From: Lingula anatina
Lineage: Eukaryota > Animalia > Brachiopoda
NCBI GenBank assembly: GCA_051362555.1
Contig: CM120649.1
Span: 4,030,001-4,094,000 of the forward strand
Direction of reading: 5' to 3'
Length of the DNA stretch: 64,000 nucleotides
Shown here: piece by piece, positions 1-13,757 of the stretch
Layout: each line of letters starts with the position of its first letter
Position numbering within the stretch: the stretch's first letter is position 1
Notes under the pieces: generated by a model
Seen by the model: the letters and a program-made list of their open reading frames with translations, nothing else
What the model was told of the DNA's origin: nothing
The model's database searches: none
Made by a program: the position numbers and the translations under genes

Positions 1-339
1 AAATTCACATTTAGTGATCAGTTAAACCCAAAATGTGCAAATTATTTAAAATTTATACATTACCTGGCATCTTGACGGTAAAAGTATTTGTTACCGGAAG
101 CTAGATGGCTGTCTCGCACCAATTATTTTGCACTATTCACATTCGACAAAAAACCATTACAAAATTTTGTTAAGTAATTGTAAATTTGAATGTTGGTGTA
201 TTAAGAGAAATACTGTTCAAAAATATAATTTTTACATTTAGAAACATCGGTTAGCTAAAGGAGAAAAAGACTTATGATTTAGACAGCGCGGACCTTATTG
301 TGTTTACGTGACCTTCACCTTGCGACCACATGTTGAAAA

Positions 340-659
340 ATGTTCCAACAACACAGAGGAAGCTTCCATCCGAATCAGCGAGGATTTCCCGGTCCAAGAC
401 CTCCGAATTTTGGCAGTGGGCCTCCAAGACACCATGGACCTCCCCCACATATACGGCCACCGCCGGGAATTGGGTTTGAAGAGTTTGGGCCAGGGGGACC
501 AATGCCTCCTCGTTTCTCAGGTCCTGGACGTGGGGTGGACTTCCCCGGACGCGGAATGCCTCCTTATGGGCTCAGGGGTGGAAGATTTCATGGAAACAGG
601 GGCGGATTTCGAGGTCGAGGAGGGAATTTCCGAGGAGGATCGCATCCGGTAAATAACAT

Positions 660-699
<40 letters not shown>

Positions 700-1302
700 T
701 TTACTTTGCCCCTACCCCCAAGCTTTTGAAAAAAAAAATAATAAAATGAAGAATTAATCGGTTTATTGTCTCAGGACATAACTCTGAGCTGATTTATGGG
801 CTACTTCAATGGTTGATTAAAAATCAATATAATACTTTTGTACTTGATACTTTTGCACGTGAAACCTTTTAATCTGTTAATTGGGCATAAGCATAAGACT
901 TAAAGGGATAATAACTCTTCATTTTGGTCAAAAAATGAATTTTCCTGGAGTAAACAACAATTTTCCCATACTTACCAATGGTTAATGAATCCATTTTTAC
1001 ATTCAAAGTTAGTCCCTGGTTTTTTCTAAAAAGTTTGGTTTTTTGTTAAAATCTCTTAAGAGATTATAACAAAGTACAGCCATCAATGGGAGTCACGTGA
1101 TCTGAAGACAAGCTCAGATATCAGAATAATAGCTTTAACTGCCATTTTTGTGGTAAAACAGAATATATATAATTATATTTCTATGAGTTGTTCACAATGT
1201 TTTTATTGTGAAATAAAGATATCATACGAAGAGTTATTATCCCTTTAAGTAAAATTAAGTTCGAGAAATTTCGGGTATGATCCCAACACCCGTCAGATTA
1301 CA

Positions 1303-1364
<62 letters not shown>

Positions 1365-4300
1365 GTTCAGAAAAAGATCAAAGTGGACAAGAGAGACTTG
1401 CCAGAAAACAACAAATTTTACTGTGATGCCTGTGATAGGGGGTTTAAGACAGACGACAAGTTTAAAGAACATGTGGATGGACATCAGAAAGTGAGTAAAA
1501 ATTATAATTATTGGTGTCACTTTAAATTAAGAGCCTACTTTCCTACATGAAGCCAACACATTTTTCAGAATTTTTGAATAAATTCTAGATATAACTACTT
1601 AGACATGGGTTTTGGAAATGTATTTAGTTTTGTTTGCATTAAGTGAGATTAACTTAGTAAATATTAATATTTTTGTTATTTTGTCTGAAATTCAAACATG
1701 TAAGTAATTAACACAATTTTTTCTTTCTAAGTGTCATTATGATGGATGTTCCTACATAGCGGCTCCCAAACTTGTGAAGTTACACATAGATCTGGTGAGT
1801 TAGAATTGATTAATTCATCACTTTAGGGAAACTCCACATAAATTAAGTAAATTAGAATTAAAAGATATCAGGTGCATAAGTTAGGAGGACATAATTATAA
1901 TTAAATATTTTTGTAGAAAATGGATTTACACATCTTCGTGATGTATAATCAGAGCATTTGCCAACCTGAAGTACTAAAGTAAGCCAGAGACCAATCATCT
2001 TCTAGTTAGTTACTGTTGAAGCCCAACTTTGAAATAACAGTTTTCACGAATTAGTTTGAAATATGTGACAGAAATATATTTTCATTATCTAAAGTATTTA
2101 AAGTCTATATTGAATTATAAATGTTTTAAATATTTTTTTAATCTGCTGTCTATGTTACAGCAACACAGAACTGGCATGGCCAAAAAATTTTGGAGTTTAG
2201 AATCAGAGGAAGACATAAAGAAATGGAAAGAAGAGAGAAGAAAGTGAGAGACAGTTTTAAAGAACTTCTAAGAATAGGAAAATTTTCAAAAAATTATTTT
2301 TCTTATTTAATACTCATTTATTTTTCCAAATGGTTTGCTACTCACATAGATTGTTTTTATATATACTGTTGAGAAGAAAATATTGAAAACAAAGCAGTAA
2401 CACTGAGGATGTTTTAAATTGAAGCATTTTTTTCTTTCAGAAATTTTCCAACTGCCAGTAATATTGCTAAAAAGCAGGCAGAGCTACAGGAGAGGAGAGA
2501 AAGGGGAGAAGTCTTGGAAACAAAACAGTTTGGGTAAGATTTCATGAGAGAATAGAAAGAGGGGAGGTCATAGGGGAAAAAAACAGAATATCCAAAGCAA
2601 AATTGAACAAATTTACAAAAATGTCACTGACCTAGCTTCAACTTTACTGTAGACATTGAAAATGTTACAGACTGTATTTTTGTTATGATTTTCAGGCGAA
2701 TGAACAGGCGGGGTAGAGGAAGAGGTCGCGGTGGTCATGATAGAAGACATGGACACAAGCGGCAGTGGCGTCGGAATCCCAGTCAGTTTCAGAATGGTGG
2801 TATCCAAGCTGAGGACGAGAAGGGAGCAAAGCATATACGTTTAGAGGAGGTAATTTTTTTTTGTTTTGTTTTGTTTTGTTTTGTATTTTATTTTTGCTAT
2901 ATGTAAAAGAGTCAGATTTAACATCAACAAGGTCAAATTTTGATTCATATTTTGATGATCGTTTAATTGTATCTTTCTAGAAATTAGTGTGACAGAAAAA
3001 TATATTCTGATATAGTTACTGAATTATCTAATGAGTTAATTTTTCAATAAAATTAACTATTTAATTAAACTAATAAAAATTTATTGCTATACAAGGCATT
3101 CATAATTCTTATAATAAAAATTATTAAAGAATTATCATCTTTCGCGTCCTAAAATTTCTGAATGATTTTCATGTTCAGCCTACCTCAAAGCAAGAAGAGG
3201 TAAAAGTACGAGATCCCACCATAGACCCTCTGGCCTACGTGCTGGAGGATGCCTCTGGTAAGGGAAAATTCATTATTTTAATACTTCAGGACTAATTTTA
3301 ATCATATCATTTTAATAATATGATTAGTCACCTAGCATTTAGCACTTATGAAATTAATAAATTGAAATTAAATTATCAAATTGAACATCACTTCACTTTC
3401 AAAAGCTTGAGAAAAGAAAACTATTTGGCATGAAGCCAAGATGTTTCTATCACTTATTGCTGTGACAGTCTTGAAGGGATAAAAAATGTCTTACAGGTAA
3501 AATAACAAAAATGTTTTGTATCTTTAGAAGCAATTTACCTTTTTATCGCCATTATACAGAACAAAAAAAAATGAAAAAAAAAATTCACAATTTAAAAAAG
3601 TCATGTTGTATTCCAGACTCAGACTCGCCTCCCACAGAGGTCCCCCTGCACACAGGCAAGACAGCCCCGCCCTCCACTTCTCTAGCAGGAGGCTTGGGCT
3701 CTCTGGCCGCCTCTTATGGAGATGTTAGTGACAGCGAGGAGGAGGAAAAGAAAGGTGAGAAAACAAAATTATATATTTGCACACAAGCATGCAAGTGCAT
3801 GCATGCACACACACACACACACATCCATATCAGCATACATGCAGTTATATTTGCATTAACATGCACAAATATGAAAGGCATATACCCATGAATTTACACA
3901 CTTTGCTGAAGAATCACAAGCTAGCATATAAACCAGTTTCACAGAAATATACTTTAATTCTGGAACTTGATATGGAAAGCTATTCAAACTTTAATTTTTT
4001 GTCATTGAAATGTCTCTCTTTTTGTTCGTATTTTGGTATATTATTTGCTTGGAATTCAATCTTTATGTTTTTTTCTGTTATATTTAAGTAGTGGAATTAT
4101 AGGAGTAATTATGAAGATAGAATTATACATTGCTTTATTCGCTGTTACAATTCAATGCGCTTTATTAAAAATGTACTGCAGACTTGAAAACTTTGACTTT
4201 CTTAAATGTTGTCTTGTTTTAAAAGCAAAGTATAAGTGTGACATAAAAAAATAAAACAAAAAGATATCTTGCTATAAAACCTGCACCAAACTTTGAATTA

Positions 4301-4872
4301 TTTACTTTCATGATGTATTTATTGAAAACCTAATCTCACTTACAGAAGACATTAAATCTGATAAAAAACCGAGTGCAATAAAGAATAATGGTGCTACAAA
4401 CAAAGGACACCCTAACCACCTAAGACCAAGGAGGAAAAGAAAAAGAGAGGCATTCGAACTTCCTAAAAAAGCCACCCTTTTAGAAAAGGTATAGTGATCT
4501 TTATTATATTGTGAGTTATTGCACTAAGAATTTAGTTTAACTGAGATGCTTGAACACCAATTTGGTTTGTTATACTTAGTTATAGTATAAACCATGATCT
4601 TTCATTAAGTTCCCACATCTGTCTTTATAGAACAAAAGAAAAAAAGACTAAAACATATTATGATACTCATATTGATATGTATTTTTTACTTTTTTCAGCT
4701 TTTGGCTAATGAGATCCGACACGAAAGGAATGTGATATTACAATGTGTTCGCTACGTGGTCAAAAACAACTTCTTCAAAGAGAGGTCTTCAGAGACGTCT
4801 TCTTCAGAGACTGATAAAATATCTGACACTGTAAACACACCTAACTTGTACAATGATGACGTGTGGGAATGA
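340..4872 (+). CDS. NUFIP1: FMR1-interacting protein NUFIP1 (box C/D snoRNP assembly factor, Rsa1 orthologue), 10 coding exons
   Basis: Phase-consistent GT-AG exons: 340-648, 1371-1490, 1732-1794, 2161-2243, 2441-2533, 2696-2849, 3179-3257, 3617-3754, 4346-4488, 4699-4872. Pro/RGG-rich N-terminus; C2H2 fingers (CDACDRGF..HVDGH; CHYDGC..H..H); NUFIP motif EEDIKKWKEERRKNFPT; C-terminal LLEKLLANEIRHERNVILQCVRYVVKNNFF. AATAAA at ~5076. Confidence 0.93.
904..1244. mobile_element. MITE in NUFIP1 intron 1 with 17-bp TIRs and TTAA TSD (Kolobok-like)
   Basis: ttaa|agggataataactcttc ... gaagagttattatccct|ttaa; no coding capacity. The superfamily is inferred from the TTAA TSD and AG..CT ends. Confidence 0.75.
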
Positions 4873-6135
4873 AAGTGATAGCAAGGGTCTTTCTGACTGG
4901 ACTTTTGATAAAGAAAATTCTGTCTTACAGTTGATCTAACTGTTCTTTGAAAGAACTGTAATTGTAACATTCGAGTTCTAAATACAGCTGATGAAAAGAT
5001 GAACAATGGACTCCTTCACTCAAAATCACCATATGTGTAATCTTTGCTGACAGAAGTTAATCAAAATATTCTTTAAATAAAAAGGTTTTTAAAGCAGTAA
5101 TAAGTCGTTCAAAGACATTTGTTTCATTAATAAAATTTGACCATAAATTGGTGCAGCAATCTCAAAACTCCTTTTGAAGATAAAATCATAAATTTATTCA
5201 GGCACATATTTTTCTGTTATCTTCTTCATTTTCTTCTTCGTTTGGCCCTCCGAAAATAATGGTGATGGGATCACTCGATTTCAATGTTCTGTAACATTAC
5301 AGTATTAAATAACAGCATCTAGTATATGTATAAATGACTACATATTCATAGGTCTGTTATTTCATTGCTCTTTCTTCGCTCTTGATATTCGAGCAGATAC
5401 CGGTAAATCTAGCTGCGGATGGTTATTCAAGTGCGTTGCTTGGTGAGAAAGGCGGAAGAAAGGAAAAGAAAGGAATCTTCAAACAAGGCGAAACTTTATC
5501 CTTCAAGCCAATTTAATTCTCCGGTATATTCTTTGAATCGGATAAGGTGGTGAACGAGATAAAGCCAACCTCGTCTTTATTGTTCCTTCATGAGGCGGTT
5601 ACCGTGATAAATCGGTCCTTTCAAAAGCCAATTACTTTATACGACCGGGGTCAGTACAATGAAATTGACTCTCCTCTTATGTCCCTTTACGAGCCTGTTA
5701 ACTCAAAAACTAGAAAGATTCAATCAAATCGTTTGCGTCTTGCGATGGCAGACGACAATGGAGAAGAGCAGACGACAATGGTGCGCGAGAAAAGGTATTC
5801 TTCACGCAGCAATAAGTTGCCGGTGATTTAGTCATTAATTTTGCCCTCACACAGCCACCGGCGTAGCTGCACTTGGTGACAAACATCTTTCTCTAAGTTC
5901 TTACTCTAAGTTCAATTTCATTGAAATGTTTTTCACTGAATGATATATTACTTTTATTTTACGTTTCACTTAAAGTTCACTTTCATTGAAATATTTTTCA
6001 CTAATATGGGGTGTCGTACATTCTACTTGTCGATGCCAGACTTCTAGCGGTTACGAGTTTACAGAGGCGTGTGACAAATTGTCCTCTCTGCTCCCCCCCC
6101 CTCCTCCAAACACGCACATTGCAGACACTCACATC

Positions 6136-6295
6136 AGAGGCGGATTTAGGCCGTCTTCTGGGTCTTTGGAAGACGGTCAGATTTTCAAGTTTACTTTGAC
6201 AGGTATCTATTTTTTTGTCGGAACGGTCAGAAATGGAGGATGGTAACAAAGATAATTTGGAAGACTGTCAGAAAATATCTCTGGATCCGCCCCTA
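6136..6295. mobile_element. Short MITE with GGCGGAT..ATCCGCC termini
   Basis: agaggcggatttagg ... tctggatccgcccct. Related termini recur at ~10042-10260, ~53200-53380, ~54340-54548 and ~58580. Confidence 0.5.
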
Positions 6296-6931
6296 CACAT
6301 AAAACTTTACCCAACAAGACGTTACAGTATATTTCAGAGTCGACCTATGTTAGATAAAGTTACACCTCATTGTGCACATATTATGTCGCAAAACCCTGCA
6401 ATTTGCTAGTAAAAACATATTAAAAATAACAAAATCTGATAATAAGTAGTACGTTTAATACATCACATAATTTTAATTGGCCTAGCAATTCTTTATATTC
6501 TCATATTTGTATACGTTTGAATCTTTTGAATGTGAAAGAAAATGATACTTTACCCCAGTATGCTATGGCTCAATGTACATGTGCTGTAGTAATGAAATTT
6601 CTATTATGTTATAATTGGTATACTAGCCCCATTACCAGCGTTGTGTCAACATTAAAAATGGTGACAAGAAAGCCACCGTTTAAATATGGGCAAAGCTTAC
6701 AAATAATATTTAAAAAAAAGTGACATTCATGTGTCAGACACGCTTCAATAGTTCTAAATGAAATAACGCTTCCGCATGCAATTGCAATAATATTAGTTCT
6801 GATTGAATTTAACTTTTTATCTATAAGGCCAGCCAAAAGCTTGAGTCGAGGCAAAACGCTCAGCTGTGTCGTTAGATCTGATCCATTGGAGGGTAGCGGA
6901 AACGCACTCTTGCAACTTACCAACACAGTAT

Positions 6932-7152
6932 AAGGGCGCATCCCCATAGATTTTAGATCGATCTATCCTCGTGGGGAGTCTCACTAGATTACTGTCAAAT
7001 AATCCGGCTTAAATGTCCGTCCCGCCTACTACAAGCTGCAAGGGGGGTAATTAACTTTCGTGCCCGCTCGGCTGACAGCTATTTAGCGTGAACACCCAGG
7101 GAGTTAGGTCGATCTAAAGTAGGTCGATCTAATCTATGGAAATGGGGTGTAA
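6932..7152. mobile_element. Inverted-repeat element (MITE-like)
   Basis: ccatagattttagatcgatcta near the left end pairs with taggtcgatctaatctatgg near the right end. Confidence 0.55.
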
Positions 7153-7389
7153 GAAAGTAAAAGAACACACAGTATGAAAAAGGTCTACGCATGCGACTAG
7201 TATCCGTGAAATTTTGACCTCAACTGTATCAACCAGGTTTTTGCAACCGATCAGTCAGTTTTGAGGGTTTTTTAGTGGACATTGTATATCTTTGCCAAAC
7301 ATTGTTAAAATCGTCTGCAAATTATTCGCTCTAAAGCTAGAGAAAAAGCCAAATGATGCGTCCTAAAAATTTTAAGTAAGTGATATTAT

Positions 7390-7806
7390 CTCGGGGGCGG
7401 GCTCATTGCGTCACGTGCGTGCGCACGTATTAAATGCTATAGGTCCTCTTGGAGCAATTCACTCTCTTATTACAGCGAGGTGTATTTGAGAAGGCTGCAC
7501 TTTGCTAACAAACGTGAATGGAGCACTTGCAGTGATTGGACGATTGATATCCAGTAACCAGACTCTCAGACAGACCTTAGTCCACTGGCCGCGTCACGTA
7601 CGCTCGTGCTAGTACAATGTTTAATTGTTAAAGTGCACAGCAAACGGAACAACTCCCCGTTATACGGGGTATAGTGTGGGTGTCGTAGTAGAAGCGAGGA
7701 AGTGTCGGACTCGTTCACGCACGCACGACAACAGCGCCAACCCCTGGGGTATACACGACCGCTGGGAGAGCTAGCACCATTTGTACGATGGCTGGTGTTG
7801 CAACAG
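7390..7806 (+). promoter_or_regulatory. Probable promoter and non-coding first exon of the GALNT gene
   Basis: CpG-rich patch with a GC box (ggggcggg), CRE/E-box-like gcgtcacgt at ~7408 and ~7591, an ATTGG (CCAAT) motif, and a strong donor cag|gtaaga after 7806. Splicing to the acceptor at 11967 is inferred. Confidence 0.45.
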
Positions 7807-7945
7807 GTAAGACCTTTTGTGTTCCATAAGAGTATCGCCTTTCAGCATAATTGTGGGATTTTTTTCTTAATGTTTTATAAAGGATTTCATTAGTTTTGTA
7901 GACGATTCATTAAATTTTAATTAGTTTTTTATTATATGTGCACAC

Positions 7946-8002
<57 letters not shown>
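7946..8002. repeat. (CT)n microsatellite
   Basis: Directly visible dinucleotide run. Similar runs occur at 8399-8440 (AG) and 25413-25488 (CT). Confidence 0.95.
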
Positions 8003-8005
<3 letters not shown>

Positions 8006-8396
8006 TCGTTAGTGTGTTCAAGGAGTTATAACTCCTTGGTGTGTTCGATGAGAGGGGGTCCCTGTCACCGGAGACGCATTCAACGATGGAATCTGAGATC
8101 GAAGCCTCTTTGCAACATTCATTACTTCCTGGTCGATATGCATACTGTCTGGTAAAGTACAAAAAAGTCGCTCGGGATATTTGCATTGCATTACATTCTA
8201 GTTTTCATTGCGTTCCATCTTTGTTAACACATGCACAGCCATGACATGTGGCGCAATGTGGAGAGTTACTGTTGCGAGTGACTCATGCAGAAATACTTGA
8301 GTTGGTGTTAGCTGGTGTTAAACAGTGTTTACCATATTAATATTTGATGTATTTTTGAGGGTGTCTTTGAAATGTATGTTGACAGGAGGGGAATGT

Positions 8397-8446
<50 letters not shown>

Positions 8447-9565
8447 TTTCACATGAAAACGATGAAAAGACAATATTGCACACTCTCAAAGGAACCCCTC
8501 ACTATCAAAACCCGTTTCATACCAAGAGCTACTTATTTGATATTTATATTATGTTCTCAAAACCGGTTTACCCTCCGATCAGATTTGGTCTACAATTAAC
8601 CTGCCGGGTAAGAAAGTCGGTCGACATGGGCTTGAATCGCGAGAAATCTGTTTTATTTGTGTACTCTAAGGCCTCTATTCTAATTTAATACCAGTTACGT
8701 TCACCGTATGTTATTCAATAGTATCGGTTTGGGCCGAATAAAGGGTACGTTTGAATAAGCAAGAACATACTATAATGCTTCGTAAATTCTTTGCAATATC
8801 ATTTCAATGGCCAAAATAAATGACCCACATGTTTTGTGCTTGCCTTCGTTGTATTAAATTTTCTTTTATCTTAGGTTAAATGTGCTATTGTGTTTGATTT
8901 CATAGACAGAAAACGTGCCCCTCGTTCGTACGAGTTTGTATGCGATGAAAGCAAAGTATAGCGATATTGAATAACAAAATTTCAAGGGTGCGTTATAGAC
9001 ATTATATAACGGGCAATTTTCGCTAAGTTGTCAAATATTTTGACAGTTCTGGCACTGGTTGGAGGACCGACCGGTGACCGCCTGCTGACGATTGAAGTAA
9101 CCTGTGGGACAGCAAGTCATAATCTGGGTACATATTCGTTATACATTAATATAGGATATAAATGAATGAAAGGTATTATAAATAGATAAATATTTTCTTA
9201 TGAATTCTTTTGCATATTGAAAGATATTCCACCAGAGCAAATAACCCGTTTTCAGGCTGTTTTAACTGTTTCAACACTTAACTAGCAAACGTGGGTGTTG
9301 TTTAATTTCCATACATCCTTTTCAGTAAGTACAGCTATAGATATATTAACAATTATACTAATAACAACGTAGTGTTATCCACTCAAAGTTACAAACCACA
9401 GCTATTTCCCCTCCAGTATTTCAGCCTAAGGCCAACAAGACATCTCAAAAGGGGGATGAAGTCACAGATGTAACCTCTCACTTTTAACACGCCTTTTCCA
9501 ATTGGCGTGGAATTGTTGCTTTTTTATTCATTTTTTTTCATTGTTTTTTTAAATTAAATTCCTAT

Positions 9566-9604
<39 letters not shown>

Positions 9605-11969
9605 TTTGCTGAAAGGGTTACCTAAATGATTCTAATGCCCATAATTGCTGTTGACCCACGAATTGTAATGTTACTCTAAACAGTGTCACCTGAGTGAATC
9701 TTGCTTGAAAACATTAAGGTTATTTCAAAGGAGATGTACTGTAGACAGCGTGACTTGTCTGAATTATTTCTTTTACAACGATGACACCGATATGCTTTCA
9801 AACTGACACCCTATGCGGGTTTGGCATTGACATACGTTTCACCATGCTGAGTAATCCCTTTGAATATACATAAAAACATTACTTTTCAACGGTTGCTTTT
9901 TCTGCTCTTTGTTATAGCCTTATTCAGCAAAGATGAAGATGTATCAGCAAAAAAGTATATAAATCTAAGGGAAGATTATGATCGTACTACTTAGCGCACT
10001 GACCTTTTTTTTATATCTTAGATGCTCTGAGCGTTCAATACCACTGGCGGATACAGGTTTTTTAGCTGGGGGGGGGGGGGGGGGGGGTAATACAATTCAG
10101 CATAAAGTGTAAGCCACTCGGATGACATAATTGGCTTTGTTTCGTTTGGCTCGTTATGTTAAGTTTGGCTTGGTGGGAGGATGAAGCGTAGAAGCTAAGG
10201 GAGGGGAACGCGCATGCTACCCCCCCCCCCCCCCCCCCCCCCCTCCAATGCATCCGCCATTACAATCCACAGCCTTGGGTCTTACCGAGTGTGTCAAAAA
10301 TAAGTGAATTCGAATTGTTCTCATTATAGCCCATTACGGATGTCAAATAGATAATGGTCCCATAATTTATCAGCTTAGCACAATCACACGATAATGACTA
10401 TGTTTATCCGCCCGGAGGGAAAAGTTGAGTGCACCCAACCAAACTTTTATCGTCACACCTTCACATAGGAAAAATAATTTCCCCATAAATTACAACTCTG
10501 TTACCTTGGTCACCAGAGTAGGGGACCCACAGCACGGGATCACGAACTATAAACCCTCAGATATAGAGTTATAGTCTAATTTTCTTGTTTTTGGTCCATT
10601 TGTCGTAATGGAGGTACGTGAAGAGCTAAGTGACCACTTGTGACGTGAAATACAGTGTATACAGTGTATTAGCTATTTTGAATTTCAATCTCGAAAACGT
10701 GTTTGTGGATCCGTAATTTACCATTTTTTACTTTATATAGGGTATGTGTGGTGAAACAGACAAAAATGCTGAAATTTCTAGGAAAATTAATCTTTTCTGT
10801 ATTTAGGTACCAGTATTATGCGCATCGTAGGCCATTAAAATGCGGAATCCATACACCCTAATCTTAACCCTCAATATGACTAATTCACACTAGTTGTTAC
10901 GTGCTTGGCGTAGGACTCCATGCGGAACTCCACACACATTTTACCAGACCAAGATGATAAGTATGTCTTTTTTTAATGAAAACAATTTATTTAACTTTGT
11001 AATCCTACTGAGTGTACATCTTAAGTCCGAACTTTGAAAGATGTGTATACGTAAAAATGAGTCACTAGTGTCACCTTAATCAATAGTGTAGTAATTGACT
11101 TGCATTGCCACTTCGAACATATTGTAGATATAGGCCTACACTGTGTAGTAATATATGTAGAATGCCAAGCCTGTAAAATAATATAATTAGTTTAGAATCT
11201 ATGGGGAAAATGTGGCTCATTGCTTAGACTGACTGGAAATCAGTTTTTATATTCTTACCGACTTAAACGTTCACCGACCTTTAATCTGTATTTTTCTGTG
11301 CCCTAGCAGTATGCATGCGTGTTTGCATTTGCGCGTCTGCGTAATGTTTGTGTGCGTGCGTGCGTGCCTCAGCGGCGTTAGTGAAGGAGTTTGTAATGTG
11401 TCTGGCTAAAGTGTGTATCGGCGAGTCCCAGTGTCAAAATAAAATTAGCTGCTTCGAATTACAAAAGACATCTTCAACTTCCATGAGAGGTTTACAAGAG
11501 CTTATATTTACACTGTTAAAAGAGACGTGCTGTTTGGGACCTCTATCCTCTTTGTACAACTGGATTTTTTTCTTTCTTTTTCTTTTTAAATATATAGATA
11601 GGATTGGCTGGCGGTTACATATTGGAGAACACTTGGACTCCAACGTGCCTAGTCTTTTAAGACTTCAAAGTTTTATTCAGTGTCAAACACAAGGTCTAAC
11701 ATTTTTGAAAAATGTATTAATTTTAAGTTGTCAGTTTATAAACATGTTACTTTCTACACCTATTTCAAGCTATTATATTGTGTATTGTACCTGTGATAAC
11801 TTTCGAAGAACGCCCATAAAAAGGACTTATTGTCGAGCTAATTAATTGATATATTTTCGTATTCATTATTATTTATTTAACTTACTCATATTATTTTCTT
11901 TTTATTATTTTTTCTTTAAATTTATTTTTATTTATTTATTTATTTATTTATTTATTGCTTTTTTTAGGG

Positions 11970-13757
11970 ATGAAGCTGGGGGCCACCAAGCCGATGATCT
12001 ATTACTTCCCCGGAATGCTCATTCTGGTGTTTATGATGACTGTATTCGAAGTTGGTGTCCTCAAAAATACCCTGTCGTTGAAAATTCACGCGACATCACT
12101 CGACAGGCCAACATACCTTGAGCTGGACGTTGTAACCATGGAAACGTTATCCCGCCATCTACGTCACATCATGGAGACAGAGACCCGGATGGAGATAAAC
12201 GATTTGATTGGTCAAAATAGTTTAAACGTCAAGGAAAGCCATAAAATTGGAATAAGTCGAAATATTCCCGATACACGCCCTGAGTCTTGTGCAACTATTG
12301 AATACAGCATAGAGAATCTTCCCTACGTTAGTGTTATCATTCCCTTTCATAACGAACTCTCCACGGTGATCTTAAGAACAGTTCACAGTATTCTCATGAG
12401 GACACCGTCATCTTTGCTCAAAGAAATAATACTCGTTGATGATGCAAGCACACATGACCATCTCAAAACACCTTTGGAGACATACATCTCAACTTTGTCC
12501 CCAAAGATAAAAATGTTACGATTGCCCGAGCGTTCGGGATTAATCCGGGCACGGCTGCACGGGGCGCGGCAAGCATCTGCTGAGGTGCTTTTCTTTCTTG
12601 ACGCTCACTGTGAGGTCAACACGCACTGGCTGGAACCGCTTCTACTTGAACTCAACAAGGACCGAGATGTTCTGATCGTTCCTGCTATAGATAGAATAGA
12701 CGCTCATACAATGGAGTATAGTGCTATGGATCGTGCGTATCATGGGACTTTTGCTTGGGATTTGGAATACGTCTGGCAGATTGTACCAAATAAACAGAAT
12801 CAGATGCTTTCTGAGAATTCACCGATATCTAGTTCAACGACGGTCGGTTGTGCCATGCTCATTGCCAAGGAATATTTTTATCGTATTGGTGCTTTTGATA
12901 GCCAAATGAATATTTGGGGAGGTGAAAATATAGGGATATCTTTTCGGACATGGTTGTGTGGTCACGGGATCAAGATAGTTCCGTGTTCACGCGTTGGACA
13001 TGTGTTTCGTCCTAGATTACCTTATAAAAATTTCACCTATCACGTGCTTCACCAAAATCTCCGGCGGGTCGCGGAAGCATGGATGGGGAATTATAAGAAA
13101 TATTTTTATCTTTCAACCAAAAACGTTACTCTTGGTGCTGAGGAAAAAAGGACGTTGCGCGCACGGCAGAGACTTGCAGAAAACTGCCGAGCACGAACCG
13201 GGCGTGACTTCGAATGGTATCTTAGTCACGTGGCCACTGACGTCATGATACCACCAGATGGCGCAGTGCACTTCGGCCAGGTGAAGAACATAGCCTCACA
13301 GGGATGCTTGACCGTTTCGGACAACGGTCATTTTACTGTGGCCGAATGCGCACATTTTACCAAATCACAACAGTTTGCCTTGGATTCCACAGGGCGTTTA
13401 ATATATCAGGATAAATTCTTAATCACAAGAAAAAACCCGAGCGCGTCGTTTGGACTTGCAGTGGTAGACGCGCCTAAAAAAATTAACGCAACAGAAGGGC
13501 TGGGGAAATGGTATTTGGATACGGAAACTCCGGCATTTATTCAACAACTACGGACAGGTCGCATTAAGACCCCGGTCGGAAGATTAAAACTACAGTTAAA
13601 AGGCGTGCCTGCAACATCATCATGTCTGACCCAGCTGACAGCGGATCACATATCCGGAGAGCAATACGTCGACTTGCACAAATGTGAAGAGAAGCAAGTG
13701 TTTCAGTATTGGCAGTTTTATCATCACGTCCATGGTGCTGACGCAATGTTTAATTAA
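11970..13757 (+). CDS. Polypeptide N-acetylgalactosaminyltransferase (GT27, GALNT family), single coding exon, 595 aa
   Basis: N-terminal TM anchor; VSVIIPFHNE, EIILVDDAS, GLIRARLHG, DAH (DxH), WLEPLL, WGGEN and PCSRVGHVFR motifs; C-terminal ricin-type lectin ending QYW. ATG at 11970 lies just after an acceptor (tttttag, 11967). Confidence 0.93.
   Translation: MKLGATKPMIYYFPGMLILVFMMTVFEVGVLKNTLSLKIHATSLDRPTYLELDVVTMETLSRHLRHIMETETRMEINDLIGQNSLNVKESHKIGISRNIPDTRPESCATIEYSIENLPYVSVIIPFHNELSTVILRTVHSILMRTPSSLLKEIILVDDASTHDHLKTPLETYISTLSPKIKMLRLPERSGLIRARLHGARQASAEVLFFLDAHCEVNTHWLEPLLLELNKDRDVLIVPAIDRIDAHTMEYSAMDRAYHGTFAWDLEYVWQIVPNKQNQMLSENSPISSSTTVGCAMLIAKEYFYRIGAFDSQMNIWGGENIGISFRTWLCGHGIKIVPCSRVGHVFRPRLPYKNFTYHVLHQNLRRVAEAWMGNYKKYFYLSTKNVTLGAEEKRTLRARQRLAENCRARTGRDFEWYLSHVATDVMIPPDGAVHFGQVKNIASQGCLTVSDNGHFTVAECAHFTKSQQFALDSTGRLIYQDKFLITRKNPSASFGLAVVDAPKKINATEGLGKWYLDTETPAFIQQLRTGRIKTPVGRLKLQLKGVPATSSCLTQLTADHISGEQYVDLHKCEEKQVFQYWQFYHHVHGADAMFN

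Noticed and set aside
1935-3010. Possible intronic box C/D snoRNAs in NUFIP1 (gtgatg..ctga at ~1938-1968; tgatga..ctga at ~2954-3010)
   Set aside because: One is too short with an imperfect C box, the other has no terminal stem, and no rRNA guide was recognisable.
11348-11845. 165-aa ORF upstream of the GALNT exon
   Set aside because: Non-ATG start, low-complexity intronic composition and no recognisable domain.
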